Shown: in pieces, positions 49,002 through 59,990 of the stretch | How positions within the stretch are numbered: position 1 is the stretch's first letter | How the letters are laid out: every line of letters begins with the position of its first letter | Assembly (NCBI GenBank): GCA_965207885.1 | Contig: OZ242311.1 | Coordinates: 2,080,001-2,144,000 of the forward strand | Direction of reading: 5' to 3' | DNA length: 64,000 bases | Source of the DNA: Candidatus Latescibacterota bacterium | GTDB lineage: Bacteria; Latescibacterota; UBA2968 | The notes under the pieces: generated by a model | Databases searched by the model: none | Seen by the model: only the letters and a program-made list of their open reading frames with translations | Told to the model about the DNA's origin: nothing | Made by a program: the position numbers and the translations under genes

Positions 49002-49622
49002 CTACCGCCGGGACGAGAAGCGCCGCCGCCGACCATAAGTCACATTTTCTTCTTGAGATACGTTGTGCGACGTTATGACCCCTCCCCGTTCTAAATCCAA
49101 AAATTCCCCGGGAATATGTTTGGTCAATATGGTTGGACCACAATCGTAGAAATGCACGCCAGCCTGATGGGCGCGTATTGCTGCAATGCGTATGACTGCC
49201 CCTCGGCGTCCGGGCCTGGCACTTAACCGCGCGGCGACATCGGCATCAAATGACAAATGTACATAATCGCGATCATCAGGCACCAGGCCTTCAGACAACA
49301 ATCGCTCAACATCGGCAGAATCCACGCCCTTGTATAAAAATTCGGGTGGTTCTGATGGATCGAGACCCAGGTCGATGGAAAAACTGTGCCCATAACGCGC
49401 GCGAATGCGATTTTCCACAATCTCGAAACGTTGCTTTTCTCCATCATAAACCACTTTTTCAATATCTTCAAGAGTAAATGTCGAATTTCGGTCTTGAAAT
49501 GCACGTAAAACCTCGTCGAGGTCGGCAAAACCATAGTGGTCAACTTGCAGTCCAAACTCATCGGGCCTGTGTCGCAACATCAATGATAACAATTTGGAAA
49601 TGTGTACAATTCTCGGTGCCAT
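49002..49622 (-). CDS. kptA: RNA 2'-phosphotransferase (Tpt1/KptA family)
   Basis: SKLLSLMLRHRP, KQRF, IRARYGHS and VHLS motifs. Confidence 0.9.
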   Translation of the reverse strand: MAPRIVHISKLLSLMLRHRPDEFGLQVDHYGFADLDEVLRAFQDRNSTFTLEDIEKVVYDGEKQRFEIVENRIRARYGHSFSIDLGLDPSEPPEFLYKGVDSADVERLLSEGLVPDDRDYVHLSFDADVAARLSARPGRRGAVIRIAAIRAHQAGVHFYDCGPTILTKHIPGEFLDLERGGVITSHNVSQEENVTYGRRRRFSSRR

Positions 49623-49646
49623 GCGCTTTCTCCGTAATAATAATCT

Positions 49647-51014
49647 CTATGAAAACACCACATCTTGCGCGGCATCCACATCCTGAACGCCAATCAACGA
49701 CAGGCCATCGGGAATGCGCGCCCCACTCAAATTTGCTTTGGCGGCAATACACCGCGTGAAGCCCAGTTTGCGCGCTTCGGTCATTCTGCGTTCAATTTGA
49801 CCAACCGCACGCACTTCTCCGCCCAACCCAACTTCGCCAATTACAACCGTATCGCGGGACATCTGTCTGCTGCGAAAGCTCGACGCCATAGCCATAGCTA
49901 CACCCAGATCGACAGCGGGTTCGTCAATGCGCAAGCCTCCTGCGACATTTAAAAAAATATCCTCAGTACCCAATTGCAGGCCTGACCGTTTTTCGAGCAC
50001 GGCAATTAAAATCGCCATCCGCCGCGCATCAAATCCCGTGGCCACGCGCTGCGGGTACCCGAAATTACTGCGACTGACCAGTGCTTGTACTTCGACCAAA
50101 ATGGGACGTGTACCTTCAATTGTGCAAACAATGGCTGTGCCTTCTCGGTCGGCCTCGCGCTCGGGCAAGAATACCTGTGAGGGATTATCCACTGCGACCA
50201 TCCCCCGATCGCACATTTCAAAAATGCCAATTTCATTTGTCGAGCCAAACCGGTTCTTGGCAGCCCGCAAAATGCGAAATGCACCGTGTTGTTCGCCCTC
50301 CAGGTAAAGTACGGTATCGACGATGTGTTCGAGCACGCGCGGTCCTGCAACCGTGCCTTCTTTGGTGACATGCCCGATTAAAAAAATCGATGTGCCCGTG
50401 CGTTTGCCCAGTGCCACCAGTTTGGCAGAAGATTCTCTGACTTGTGCCACACTTCCCGGCGCGCTTTGTAGATCTGGGCTAAAAATGGTCTGCACCGAAT
50501 CGACCACAACCGCAATGGGCTGCATTTCTTCGATGTAGCCGCAAATTAGATCGAGATTGGATTCAGAAATCAAGTACAATTCATCGGATAACGCGCCGAT
50601 TCTGTGGGCGCGCATTCGCGTTTGGCGAGGAGACTCTTCTGCGGATACGTACAGCGTCTTCATACCCGAAAACGCGAGTTGTGCAACGCCTTGCAAGAGC
50701 AATGTGGATTTGCCAATGCCGGGATCGCCCCCGACAAGCGCAGCCATGCCGGGCACTATGCCGCCACCCAATGTGCGGTCAAATTCGCCGATAGCTGTCT
50801 CAATGCGGTCTTCTCTGCCGCCCATCACTTCCGTAATCGGCTGCGGCGGATTTGCTTTGATCCATTCGTCCGCGCGTCTGTTTTGTTTTACATCGGGCGA
50901 TGCCTGTTCTTCGACACAGGTGTTCCATTCACCACAGGATACACACCGACCAAACCACTGTCCCGAATCAGCACCGCATTGCTGACATACATACCGCACG
51001 CGCATTTTGCCCAT
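49647..51014 (-). CDS. radA: DNA repair protein RadA/Sms
   Basis: C4 zinc finger, GDPGIGKST, KNRFG and a Lon-like C-terminus. Confidence 0.97.
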   Translation of the reverse strand: MGKMRVRYVCQQCGADSGQWFGRCVSCGEWNTCVEEQASPDVKQNRRADEWIKANPPQPITEVMGGREDRIETAIGEFDRTLGGGIVPGMAALVGGDPGIGKSTLLLQGVAQLAFSGMKTLYVSAEESPRQTRMRAHRIGALSDELYLISESNLDLICGYIEEMQPIAVVVDSVQTIFSPDLQSAPGSVAQVRESSAKLVALGKRTGTSIFLIGHVTKEGTVAGPRVLEHIVDTVLYLEGEQHGAFRILRAAKNRFGSTNEIGIFEMCDRGMVAVDNPSQVFLPEREADREGTAIVCTIEGTRPILVEVQALVSRSNFGYPQRVATGFDARRMAILIAVLEKRSGLQLGTEDIFLNVAGGLRIDEPAVDLGVAMAMASSFRSRQMSRDTVVIGEVGLGGEVRAVGQIERRMTEARKLGFTRCIAAKANLSGARIPDGLSLIGVQDVDAAQDVVFS

Positions 51015-51026
51015 GGGCTATATTCC

Positions 51027-52400
51027 TCAGGGAAATTCGCGATAGATTTCGGGTTCTTCAAAGCGAAGATATTCTGCCTGAAAGATCAAAAAAACGCTGC
51101 CAATCGGCCCGCTGCGCTGCTTGCCCAATATGATCTCGGCTCTGCCTTCTTGCGTATTGCCCTCTTCATCTACAATGCCATATACTTCGGGGCGAAAGAG
51201 AAACATCACCACATCCGCGTCCTGTTCCAGCGAGCCGCTCTCGCGCAAATCAGCCAATTGCGGTCGTTTATCCGTGCGACTTTCCACAGCCCGCGACAAT
51301 TGCGCGCAGGCAACGATCGGAATATCGAGTTCTTTGGCGAGGGCCTTCAGGGACCGCGAGATATAGGCGATTTCCTGTTCGCGGCTGCCAAAATTTTCAG
51401 ATGAGGTCATCAGTTGTAGATAATCGACAATGATTAACTCAATATTGTATTCGGATTTTGCACGGCGCGCTTTGGCTCGCAGTTCCATGACGGAAATAGC
51501 AGGTGTGTCATCGATGTATATGGGGGCTTCAATGAGCTTTCCCGTCCACTCGGATAATCGTTGCCATTCCTCTTCTGATAGCCTGCCCGTTCGCAAACGG
51601 TGCGAACTCACGCGTGCTTCTGCACACAAAAGTCGCTGTGCGAGTTGCTCTGTTGACATTTCCAGAGAAAAATACAGCACGGGTGTACTGCCCTTCACGG
51701 CGGCATTGCGCGCCATGCACAATGTGAGTGCTGTCTTGCCCATCGATGGACGCGACGCGAGGATGATCATGTCCGAGGACTGCAAGCCCGCTGTGATCTC
51801 ATCCAGGTCCGTATAGCCCGTGGTCACGCCTGTCAGCGCGCCGGGCTGTTCGTGCGCGCGTTCAATCGCTACATAAGCCTCTTCAATGGCCGATGAAAGG
51901 GGCATGACGCCTTTGCCCAATTCGCCTTCGGCAATTTGAAAGACCCGTTGCTCTGCGCGGTCGATGAGTTCGCGCACATCCTCGGTTTCTTCATAGCTTT
52001 CGGTAAGCGTTTGAGTCGCTGCGTCAATCAACCGCCGCCTCTGCGCCTTTTCCAAAACGATCTGTGCGTGGTATTCGGCATTGGCTGCCGTCGCCATTTC
52101 ACTGGCCAGTTCGGCAATGAAAACTGCGCCGCCGACATCGTCGAGTTGTCCTCGTCGCACGAGTTCTGCGGTCAGTGTGACTTGATCGACGGGATCACCG
52201 CGCTCAGATAATTTTTGAATTGCCGCATAGACTTTTCGATGTGGCGTATGGTAAAAAGCCGTTTCATCCCCCAATACTTCCACTACGCGATTGATTGCCA
52301 TATTGTCAATTAACATGGCGCCCAGTACAGCGCGTTCGACTTCGAGTGCCTGGGGTAGCGCGCGTTCAGCCGTGTTCAATGTTGGATTTTGGGAGGCCAT
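51027..52400 (-). CDS. dnaB: Replicative DNA helicase
   Basis: SRPSMGKT, VDYLQL and DLRESGSLEQDAD motifs; no intein. Confidence 0.97.
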   Translation of the reverse strand: MASQNPTLNTAERALPQALEVERAVLGAMLIDNMAINRVVEVLGDETAFYHTPHRKVYAAIQKLSERGDPVDQVTLTAELVRRGQLDDVGGAVFIAELASEMATAANAEYHAQIVLEKAQRRRLIDAATQTLTESYEETEDVRELIDRAEQRVFQIAEGELGKGVMPLSSAIEEAYVAIERAHEQPGALTGVTTGYTDLDEITAGLQSSDMIILASRPSMGKTALTLCMARNAAVKGSTPVLYFSLEMSTEQLAQRLLCAEARVSSHRLRTGRLSEEEWQRLSEWTGKLIEAPIYIDDTPAISVMELRAKARRAKSEYNIELIIVDYLQLMTSSENFGSREQEIAYISRSLKALAKELDIPIVACAQLSRAVESRTDKRPQLADLRESGSLEQDADVVMFLFRPEVYGIVDEEGNTQEGRAEIILGKQRSGPIGSVFLIFQAEYLRFEEPEIYREFP

Positions 52401-53071
52401 CAGATTTTGGTTCCATCGTAAAGTTTGCGAACGAGTTTCAAGTCTTCCCAGGCAGGGCGCTTCCAGTGTGCATTTCGCAACAGGGCAGCAGGGTGATATG
52501 TGGGGACTAATTTCGCGCCCTGGTATTCAAAAATTTTCCCCCGCAAACGCCCCATAGACTCGGTGGTTTGCAACAGGGTTTGCACGGCAAAACGTCCCAA
52601 AGTACAGATTACAACCGGTGCAATCAGGTCAATTTGTTGTAGTAGATAAGGCTGACAGGCAGCAATTTCATCGGGTTTGGGGTCCCGGTTATTGGGGGGC
52701 CTGCATTTGATGATGTTGGCGATATAGACATCTTCGCGTGTCAAACCCATGGCTTCGATCATTCGCGTCAGCAATTGTCCGGCAGCCCCTACAAAAGGCA
52801 GACCTTGCCGGTCTTCTTCTGCACCGGGTGCTTCACCGATAAACATGAGGTCTGCATTAGTTTTCCCGCTTCCAAACACGACTGAGGTGCGCGTTTGTGC
52901 CAACCCGCATTTTTGACAGTTGCAAGCCTCTTGATCCAAAATAGTCAGGGGATCAGTGTCCGATTCTCGATCATCCATCCGCGCAATCGAGGCAGGTGCA
53001 TAAGCGATTTCCCGCGATAGAAAATCGCGTGCAAGCGCGAGGGTTTCCAACAGATCGGAGGATTCATCCAT
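52400..53071 (-). CDS. Uracil-DNA glycosylase, family 4 (4Fe-4S)
   Basis: [17 protein letters not shown] and TYHPAALLR motifs. Confidence 0.93.
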   Translation of the reverse strand: MDESSDLLETLALARDFLSREIAYAPASIARMDDRESDTDPLTILDQEACNCQKCGLAQTRTSVVFGSGKTNADLMFIGEAPGAEEDRQGLPFVGAAGQLLTRMIEAMGLTREDVYIANIIKCRPPNNRDPKPDEIAACQPYLLQQIDLIAPVVICTLGRFAVQTLLQTTESMGRLRGKIFEYQGAKLVPTYHPAALLRNAHWKRPAWEDLKLVRKLYDGTKI

Positions 53072-54269
53072 GCCCGCTCTCCCAACGCGACACCAGCCAA
53101 TCCAAAATGCGGTCTGCCACATCGCGTTTGGACATTAGAGGCAATGCGGCAGGTTCTCGATGGGGTTCGATAAAAGTCACGACATTGGTATCGACGCCAA
53201 ACCCCGCACCTTCCACATTCAATTCGTTCAGCACAATCAGGTCAAGATTTTTCTCGTGGAGTTTTTTGTGGGCATTTTTCAGCGCGTGATCGGTTTCCAT
53301 CGCAAACCCGATTACGACTCGCTCCCCCTTGTTTTGTCCCAGAGGAATTAAAAAATCTTCGTTGGGCAGAAGGTGAAGCGAAAGACCGCCATCGCGTTTT
53401 TTGATTTTTGATTTGGACACGTGTTCGGGGCGAAAATCGAGCACCGCTGCGGTCATAATTAGCGCGTCGGCATGCTGATATGCGCGGACGGTCGCTGCTT
53501 TTAATTCGGCAACTGTGCGGATAGATTCGATTTGTACACCGGCGGGGACGGTGAGTTCTGTCGGCCCGCTGATCAACGCGACATCAGCCCCTCGGCGTCG
53601 CGCTTGTTCGGCAATGGCGAAGCCCATTTTACCCGTTGAGCGATTGGTGATAAAGCGCACGGGATCAAGGGGTTGTTCGGTTCTGCCCGCTGTCACTACA
53701 ATGCGCTTGCCGGCAAGCGATTGCGTCGCGCCCATCATACTACTGGCCTCATCCACAATCTCAGGGGGTTCGGCCATGCGCCCCATTCCCTCGGCACCCG
53801 AGGCGAGTGCTCCAGCTCCCGGCCCAACCATCCGATAGCCGTCTTTTTTTAAGAACTCGACATTTTGCCGCACAGCACCGCGTTCCCACATTTGGGTTTC
53901 CATTGCCGGGGCGAGTAGAACAGGTGCTTCTGCAGCCAACAACGCACAGGTCAAAAGGTCGTCGGCTAATCCATGGGCCAATTTTCCCATGCAATTTGCA
54001 GTTGCTGGCGCAACAATGATGAGATCGGCCCATTTGCCCAAATGTACGTGGATAACATCGGGGTCGCCGTCCGAAGGAAACAAATCCGTATAGACGCGAT
54101 GGTGCGAGAGTGCTTCAAAAGTGAGGGGCTGCACAAACTTCTGTGCAGCAGGTGTCATGACCACCCGAACCTCTGCGCCTGCATTCTGAAGAAGGCGCAA
54201 TAAGAATACGCTTTTATAGGCGGCAATTCCACCGCTAACGCCCAGAAGAATCCTCTTTCCCGTCAGCAT
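53064..54269 (-). CDS. coaBC: Phosphopantothenoylcysteine decarboxylase/ligase
   Basis: [30 protein letters not shown] and GFAMET motifs. Confidence 0.96.
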   Translation of the reverse strand: MLTGKRILLGVSGGIAAYKSVFLLRLLQNAGAEVRVVMTPAAQKFVQPLTFEALSHHRVYTDLFPSDGDPDVIHVHLGKWADLIIVAPATANCMGKLAHGLADDLLTCALLAAEAPVLLAPAMETQMWERGAVRQNVEFLKKDGYRMVGPGAGALASGAEGMGRMAEPPEIVDEASSMMGATQSLAGKRIVVTAGRTEQPLDPVRFITNRSTGKMGFAIAEQARRRGADVALISGPTELTVPAGVQIESIRTVAELKAATVRAYQHADALIMTAAVLDFRPEHVSKSKIKKRDGGLSLHLLPNEDFLIPLGQNKGERVVIGFAMETDHALKNAHKKLHEKNLDLIVLNELNVEGAGFGVDTNVVTFIEPHREPAALPLMSKRDVADRILDWLVSRWESGHG

Positions 54270-54462
54270 AGGTCACCTGAATTTTCTTTTCTACAATTCG
54301 GTCCAGTGCAATGGTTGTTATTTTTTCTTCGCCTTCGGGCACACCTGCAACCAGCCGGGCTTTATTCAACCGGCGAGCTTCTTTTGATGCCAGCAATACG
54401 GCTTTATAGGTATTCATGTCCTCTTCAACCGTTAATTCCTCAGTGAAAAATACATTCGACAT
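54235..54462 (-). CDS. rpoZ: RNA polymerase omega subunit (probable)
   Basis: NTYKAVLLASKEARRLN...KITTIAL motif; conserved gmk-rpoZ-coaBC order; AAGGAG RBS. Confidence 0.8.
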   Translation of the reverse strand: MSNVFFTEELTVEEDMNTYKAVLLASKEARRLNKARLVAGVPEGEEKITTIALDRIVEKKIQVTYADGKEDSSGR

Positions 54463-54539
54463 AACGCACTCCTTGTTAGAAATGGACTTTCGCACTGCAA
54501 TAACGGGCCGGAGATGGGCCGGGAGCATAGCACGAGTTT

Positions 54540-55193
54540 TTAGAGACTCAAGCGACGCAAACATATCCGCGGTGTGCGCTGGCGCTCTGCGCGAATAATA
54601 GCGAGCAAATCGGCGATAGCCTGTTCCAATTCGTCATTTACGACGACGTAATCGCTGTTTTTTGCGTGAACGAGTTCAGAAACGGCATTTTCCATACGCA
54701 ATCGAAAGTCCGAAGCACTTTCAGACTGCCGTGCATTGAGGCGCTTCGCAAGCACATCGAGAGATGGCGGCACGACAAATACGGTCACGCAGCGATCTCC
54801 CAAGACTTTTTTCCACGCGGCCACGCCTTGCACATCTACATCCATCAACATCACATGTCCACCGCACAGAGCTTCTGCAACCGCGTCGAATGTCGCGCCG
54901 TAAAGATGTCCATGTACTTCTGCAGATTCGATAAAATCGCCTCGCGTTTGCATGGATTCAAATTGTGCAACTGTCACAAAATGACGGGCAACACCCTGTA
55001 TTTCGTCATCGCGTGGTGGTCGCGTCGTTGTCGTCACACAGCGCCGGACGCTTGAATCTGCACGCAAAACCTCCTGGCACATCGACGTTTTTCCAACTCC
55101 CGATGGCCCGGCGACGACCACGGCAAATGCGGCGGGATTATTGCTCAACTTTTGCCGAATCCGTTCAATATCAGTTTCTTCTGATTTAATCAT
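54540..55193 (-). CDS. gmk: Guanylate kinase
   Basis: GPSGVGKT, TTRPPR, VHGHLYG and DVDVQG motifs. Confidence 0.95.
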   Translation of the reverse strand: MIKSEETDIERIRQKLSNNPAAFAVVVAGPSGVGKTSMCQEVLRADSSVRRCVTTTTRPPRDDEIQGVARHFVTVAQFESMQTRGDFIESAEVHGHLYGATFDAVAEALCGGHVMLMDVDVQGVAAWKKVLGDRCVTVFVVPPSLDVLAKRLNARQSESASDFRLRMENAVSELVHAKNSDYVVVNDELEQAIADLLAIIRAERQRTPRICLRRLSL

Positions 55194-55202
55194 CCGCGAT
55201 TT

Positions 55203-56075
55203 TTACTCGATGTTTTGAACCTGTTCTTTGAGTTTTTCAATTTCTTCTTTGATATCCACGACCACATGGGCTATCGTCGCATCACCCGCTTTGGATCCCA
55301 TAGTATTGGCTTCCCTGAGCATTTCTTGCAGCAAAAAATTGAGACGCCGGCCAACCGCTTCACTGCGATCGAGCATCCCGAGAAACTGCGCGTTGTGACT
55401 GTGAAAACGCACACATTCTTCTGTTATGTCGCTGCGGTCAGCTAAGAGAGCAATTTCCATTAACAACCTGCTCTCATCAATTTGTTCAGGTGTTAATAAT
55501 TGCGCCAATTTTTCCTCTAACCGCGTTCGAACAGTTTCTACACGCTCGGGTGCGAGTGCTTCGACGCGCTGGAGAAATTCGTCGAGTACTGAAATGCGCG
55601 TGCGGAGATCACTGGCGAGTTTTTCACCTTCTGCCAGGCACATGGCCCGACAGGCGTCAATGGCTTGACAGAGTGCAACAGATACCACTTTCCAGAGGGC
55701 TTCAGAATCGAGTTCGGGAACTTCAAATGTGAATAATTGAGGCAATTGGGCAATTTGCATCAAATCGATATCGCCCGATATATCCGCGCGAATTTCCTCA
55801 ATCCCCTTGAGATATGCGGCTAGCACTTCGGGCTTGAGTACGGGAAGACCTTGCTCTGATGCAGCATTCTGCAAGGTGATACTTACATCGAGACGCCCTC
55901 TCGTAAAGACCGATAAAACGCGTTCTTTGATGCGAGACTCAAGTTCAGACAAAGAACGGGGCATGCGTACCATCACATCGCCATAGCGTCCATTGACCGA
56001 CCGCATTTCAACAATAACGCGGCCCACTTCCCCTTCTGCAACCCCCTTTCCAAAACCGGTCATGCTGGCGATCAT
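55203..56075 (-). CDS. yicC: YicC/YloC-family endoribonuclease
   Basis: SMTGFG, RSVNGRY, GRRLNFLLQEMLREANTMGSK and EQVQNIE motifs. Confidence 0.94.
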   Translation of the reverse strand: MIASMTGFGKGVAEGEVGRVIVEMRSVNGRYGDVMVRMPRSLSELESRIKERVLSVFTRGRLDVSITLQNAASEQGLPVLKPEVLAAYLKGIEEIRADISGDIDLMQIAQLPQLFTFEVPELDSEALWKVVSVALCQAIDACRAMCLAEGEKLASDLRTRISVLDEFLQRVEALAPERVETVRTRLEEKLAQLLTPEQIDESRLLMEIALLADRSDITEECVRFHSHNAQFLGMLDRSEAVGRRLNFLLQEMLREANTMGSKAGDATIAHVVVDIKEEIEKLKEQVQNIE

Positions 56076-56260
56076 ACCCGCTCCCACCTGCTGGCAAATG
56101 TAGTAAAAATGTTTGGAATAATAGCCAAAAAAGATAGTCAATTTACATATTATTGTCAATCAAACTGCATAGAACTACGGATTTGAGGTTGTCAATCGCA
56201 TTTTCTCACATCTCGCAATTGGGGTTATCAGGTGGTGCGTTTATAGAATCAGGTCTTAGA

Positions 56261-56289
56261 TTGACTTGAACAGGGCAAGGCGGTATATT
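56261..56289 (+). promoter_or_regulatory. Sigma70-type promoter of the lepA operon
   Basis: TTGACT-N17-TATATT about 90 bp upstream of lepA. Confidence 0.6.
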
Positions 56290-56379
56290 CTCATTTGCTT
56301 TATAGCTTTCATTGCGCTACTGAGACAGTCAGACGCGCTTTTCATATACGGCTTCCCGAACTTTTAAGAACACAAAAAC

Positions 56380-58179
56380 ATGAATCTCCAGAATATTCGA
56401 AATTTTTCCATTATCGCGCATATTGATCACGGTAAATCGACCCTGGCCGACCGGTTGCTCGAACAGACGCAAACTCTGAGCAAATTTCAGATGCAAGATC
56501 AGGTGCTCGATAGCATGGACCTCGAACGCGAGCGGGGTATTACCATCAAGTCGCACGCCATTCGCATGGATTATACGGCGCCAGATGGTCAGATCTACGA
56601 ACTCAATCTCATCGATACGCCGGGTCATGTCGATTTCTCTTATGAGGTCTCGCGCAGCCTTACCGCGTGTGAAGGGGCGTTGCTCCTCGTTGACGCGGCG
56701 CAGGGAGTTGAAGCCCAAACCGTTAGCAATGTCCTCCTCGCCATGGAGCACGACCTGTTCATCATTCCCGTGATTAACAAAATTGACCTGCCCGGTGCCG
56801 AGGTCGATCGCGTAGTGATGCAACTTCACGATTTGCTCGGTGTCGAAGAAGAAGAAATTGTCAAAATCAGTGCTAAAGAGGGCATTGGGATCGATAAACT
56901 CTTGGCTGCCATCATCGATGAGATACCGCCCCCTGAAGGGAATCCGGATGCACCGCTTAAGGCTCTCATTTTCGATTCCATCTTCGATCAATATCGAGGT
57001 GTCGTGGCTTATGTGCGCGTTTTTGATGGTGTTTTGAAAAAAAACATGCCCATTCGTCTCTTTTCAACCCACCAAAATTACGACGCCGAAGAAATTGGCA
57101 CTCTCAAACTCAAACGCATCAAACAACAAAACCTCAGTGCGGGCGAAGTCGGGTATCTCATCGCGGGTATCAAAGATCTTGAAGACGCTCGGGTTGGCGA
57201 TACCGTTACCGGCTCTGCTAATCCCGCCCCTCATCCCTTGCCCGGCTACCAGGAAGTCAAACCCATGGTCTTTGCCGGACTTTATCCCGTATCATCAGAT
57301 GACTTTGAAAACCTTCGCTCTGCGCTCGAAAAACTGCACCTTAACGATGCGTCATTGTCCTACGAACCCGAAACTTCTACAGCACTCGGTTTCGGGTTCC
57401 GATGTGGCTTTCTGGGCCTGCTTCACATGGAAATTGTCCAGGAGCGACTGGACCGCGAATTTGACATAGACATCATCACGACTGTGCCCAATGTCGAATA
57501 TCGCGTGCGTCTGACCAGTGGCGAGCAAATCGATGTGCAAAATCCCGCTGAGATGCCACCTGCGGGAAATATAGAAGATATTGCCGAACCCATACTCGAT
57601 GCTCAAATTTTGGTGCCCTCTGAATATGTGGGCAATATTATGCGTATTGCACAAGATCGTCGGGGTCATTATCGGACGACCGAATACATCGATCCCACCC
57701 GTGCCCTCTTGCGCTATGATCTGCCGTTATCCGAAATTGTTCTCGATTTCTACGACCGCCTCAAATCGGTCTCGCGCGGTTATGCATCGTTTGACTACGA
57801 ATACAAAAAACACCAGGCAGCGGATCTGGTCAAACTCGAGCTGCTCATCAATGGCGAACCCTTAGACGCACTCTCTGCAATTGTTCACCGCGATAAAGCC
57901 TATGAATGGGGGCGCGCATTGAGTCAAAAACTCAAAGCACTGATCCCGCGCCAGCTCTTTGAAGTCGTTATTCAAGCGGCAATCGGTGCCAAAGTGATCT
58001 CGCGCGAAACCGTGCGTCCCTTCCGCAAGAATGTTACTGCCAAATGTTATGGCGGCGATATTACCCGCAAGCGCAAACTCCTCGAGCGTCAAAAGGAGGG
58101 CAAAAAGCGCATGAAACAAGTCGGAGCAGTAGAAATTCCTCAAGAGGCGTTTCTCGCTGTTTTGCAGATGGAAGTGTGA
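56380..58179 (+). CDS. lepA: Elongation factor 4
   Basis: [25 protein letters not shown] and [14 protein letters not shown] motifs. Confidence 0.98.
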   Translation: MNLQNIRNFSIIAHIDHGKSTLADRLLEQTQTLSKFQMQDQVLDSMDLERERGITIKSHAIRMDYTAPDGQIYELNLIDTPGHVDFSYEVSRSLTACEGALLLVDAAQGVEAQTVSNVLLAMEHDLFIIPVINKIDLPGAEVDRVVMQLHDLLGVEEEEIVKISAKEGIGIDKLLAAIIDEIPPPEGNPDAPLKALIFDSIFDQYRGVVAYVRVFDGVLKKNMPIRLFSTHQNYDAEEIGTLKLKRIKQQNLSAGEVGYLIAGIKDLEDARVGDTVTGSANPAPHPLPGYQEVKPMVFAGLYPVSSDDFENLRSALEKLHLNDASLSYEPETSTALGFGFRCGFLGLLHMEIVQERLDREFDIDIITTVPNVEYRVRLTSGEQIDVQNPAEMPPAGNIEDIAEPILDAQILVPSEYVGNIMRIAQDRRGHYRTTEYIDPTRALLRYDLPLSEIVLDFYDRLKSVSRGYASFDYEYKKHQAADLVKLELLINGEPLDALSAIVHRDKAYEWGRALSQKLKALIPRQLFEVVIQAAIGAKVISRETVRPFRKNVTAKCYGGDITRKRKLLERQKEGKKRMKQVGAVEIPQEAFLAVLQMEV

Positions 58180-58184
58180 GGAAA

Positions 58185-58874
58185 ATGCCCAAAAAAAAAT
58201 CCGTGACTATCGAATATATCAAAGCCATCTTACTCGCGTTTGCACTCGCGCTTTTTATTCGCATATTTATCGTGCAGGCATTTCGCATTCCTTCGGGATC
58301 GATGGAAAACACTTTGCTGGTCGGGGATTTTTTGCTGGCGAACAAATTTATTTATGGCGCTCGCATTCCCCTTATCGATATTCGCCTGCCAGCGTGGCGC
58401 TCGCCAGATCCCGGCGATATTGTCATTTTTCAGTATCCCAGAGATCCGTCCCGCGATTTTATCAAACGCATTGTTGCAGGTCCCGGGCAGAAAGTTGAAA
58501 TCAAAGATAAAATCCTTTATGTTGACGACAAGCGCGCGACTGATCCGTCCAAATCCAAATATATCGATTCTGTTATTCTCAAACGGAGGTCGGTAGCCAA
58601 TACGCGGGATAACTACGGACCTAAGATCGTGCCCGAAGACTGTTATTTTGTGATGGGCGATAACCGCGACAGCAGCGAAGACAGTCGATACTGGGGCTTT
58701 CTCAAGCGCGATCTCATTCGGGGGAAAGCATTTGTTCTTTACTGGTCCTGGGCACCAGATGATCGCGTTCCCGCATATAGCAATATAACGTCTCTGCTCA
58801 GTATTGCGTTCTATAATCTGTTCCATTTCCCAGAACGCGTGCGCTGGCAGCGCATTGGCATGCTCGTGGAGTGA
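58185..58874 (+). CDS. lepB: Signal peptidase I
   Basis: IPSGSMENTL (Ser), FIKRIV (Lys) and GDNRDSSEDSRYWG motifs. Confidence 0.96.
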   Translation: MPKKKSVTIEYIKAILLAFALALFIRIFIVQAFRIPSGSMENTLLVGDFLLANKFIYGARIPLIDIRLPAWRSPDPGDIVIFQYPRDPSRDFIKRIVAGPGQKVEIKDKILYVDDKRATDPSKSKYIDSVILKRRSVANTRDNYGPKIVPEDCYFVMGDNRDSSEDSRYWGFLKRDLIRGKAFVLYWSWAPDDRVPAYSNITSLLSIAFYNLFHFPERVRWQRIGMLVE

Positions 58875-58880
58875 AACGTC

Positions 58881-59990
58881 ATGCACCTCGGCCTTTATAT
58901 TCATATCCCATTTTGTCACTCGCGTTGTCCATATTGCGATTTTGCATTTGTTGTGGGCAAAAACCACATGGCGAAACGCTATACGGATGCGGTGATTGTC
59001 GAGATGCAAAATCGCATGCAAACCCTCAGAACGCCGCCCGTGTTCAATACGCTATACTTTGGAGGAGGCACGCCTTCGGCAATACCGCCTGGACAGTTGA
59101 ATCGGATCACGACAAATGCGAAAAGCGCGGTCGCTCCCGATGCAGAGATTACGGCAGAGGCCAATCCAAATGATCGCAAGCACTTTGAAAAATTATATGA
59201 ACACGGCATCAACCGCTTGAGTCTGGGTGTGCAGGCATTTACAGACCGCGCACTCAAAGCACTCGGTCGATTTCACACGGCATCAGATGCGATAGTTGCG
59301 TTTCAAGCCGCCCGTGATGTGGGGTTTAAGAACATAAGTGTCGATCTTATGTACGGCGCGCCGGGACAGACGCCTGAAGAATGGGCAACGAGTATTCAGA
59401 GGGCCATTGAATTGTGTCCCGAACATATCTCGGTGTATGGACTCACGATTGAACCCCAGACTAATTTTGCGCGCCGCTTTCAAAAGGGGAAATTGGATGT
59501 GCCGCCTGAGACCGATCAGGCCGAGATGTATATGTATGCTATTGATCAACTCGAAGCTGCCGGGTACACACATTACGAAATTTCCAATTTTGCCCAACCG
59601 GGATTTGCGTCGCGTCACAATCTCAACTACTGGCATGATCGCCCCTATCTGGGCGTTGGTTTATCTGCACATTCATATCTCGACAATCGCCGATCCTGGA
59701 ATGTGCGCGGTATCACAACTTATATACAGCGCATTGAGGCAACCGGATATGCATTGGAAAGAGAAGAACAACTCACACCGACACAGCACATCATGGAACG
59801 CGTTATGCTTGGATTGCGCCAACGCAGGGGGCTTTGCGCAGATTTTTTGAGTCATCCAAAAATCCACAAACAGTACATCGCGATGGCAAATCAGCACTTG
59901 CTGGAACAAATTGATAACCGCATCCGCCTGACGCGACAGGGTCTCCTGTTCGCCGATCTGGTATGCACCGAACTCGTTAGAGAACTATAG
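58881..59990 (+). CDS. hemW: Radical SAM heme chaperone HemW
   Basis: YIHIPFCHSRCPYCDF, GGGTPS, YEISNF and HNLNYW motifs. Confidence 0.92.
   Translation: MHLGLYIHIPFCHSRCPYCDFAFVVGKNHMAKRYTDAVIVEMQNRMQTLRTPPVFNTLYFGGGTPSAIPPGQLNRITTNAKSAVAPDAEITAEANPNDRKHFEKLYEHGINRLSLGVQAFTDRALKALGRFHTASDAIVAFQAARDVGFKNISVDLMYGAPGQTPEEWATSIQRAIELCPEHISVYGLTIEPQTNFARRFQKGKLDVPPETDQAEMYMYAIDQLEAAGYTHYEISNFAQPGFASRHNLNYWHDRPYLGVGLSAHSYLDNRRSWNVRGITTYIQRIEATGYALEREEQLTPTQHIMERVMLGLRQRRGLCADFLSHPKIHKQYIAMANQHLLEQIDNRIRLTRQGLLFADLVCTELVREL

Noticed and set aside
50604-51404. 266-aa plus-strand ORF (similarly 17837-18502, 32802-33494, 35416-36030, 43766-44371, 58230-59021)
   Set aside because: Antisense shadows of confidently assigned genes.
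54463-54539. GGGCCGG repeat between gmk and rpoZ as an ncRNA
   Set aside because: Only a 7-bp direct repeat with no convincing stem or known motif.
56329-56991. 220-aa minus-strand ORF
   Set aside because: Antisense shadow of the highly conserved lepA; no independent motifs.
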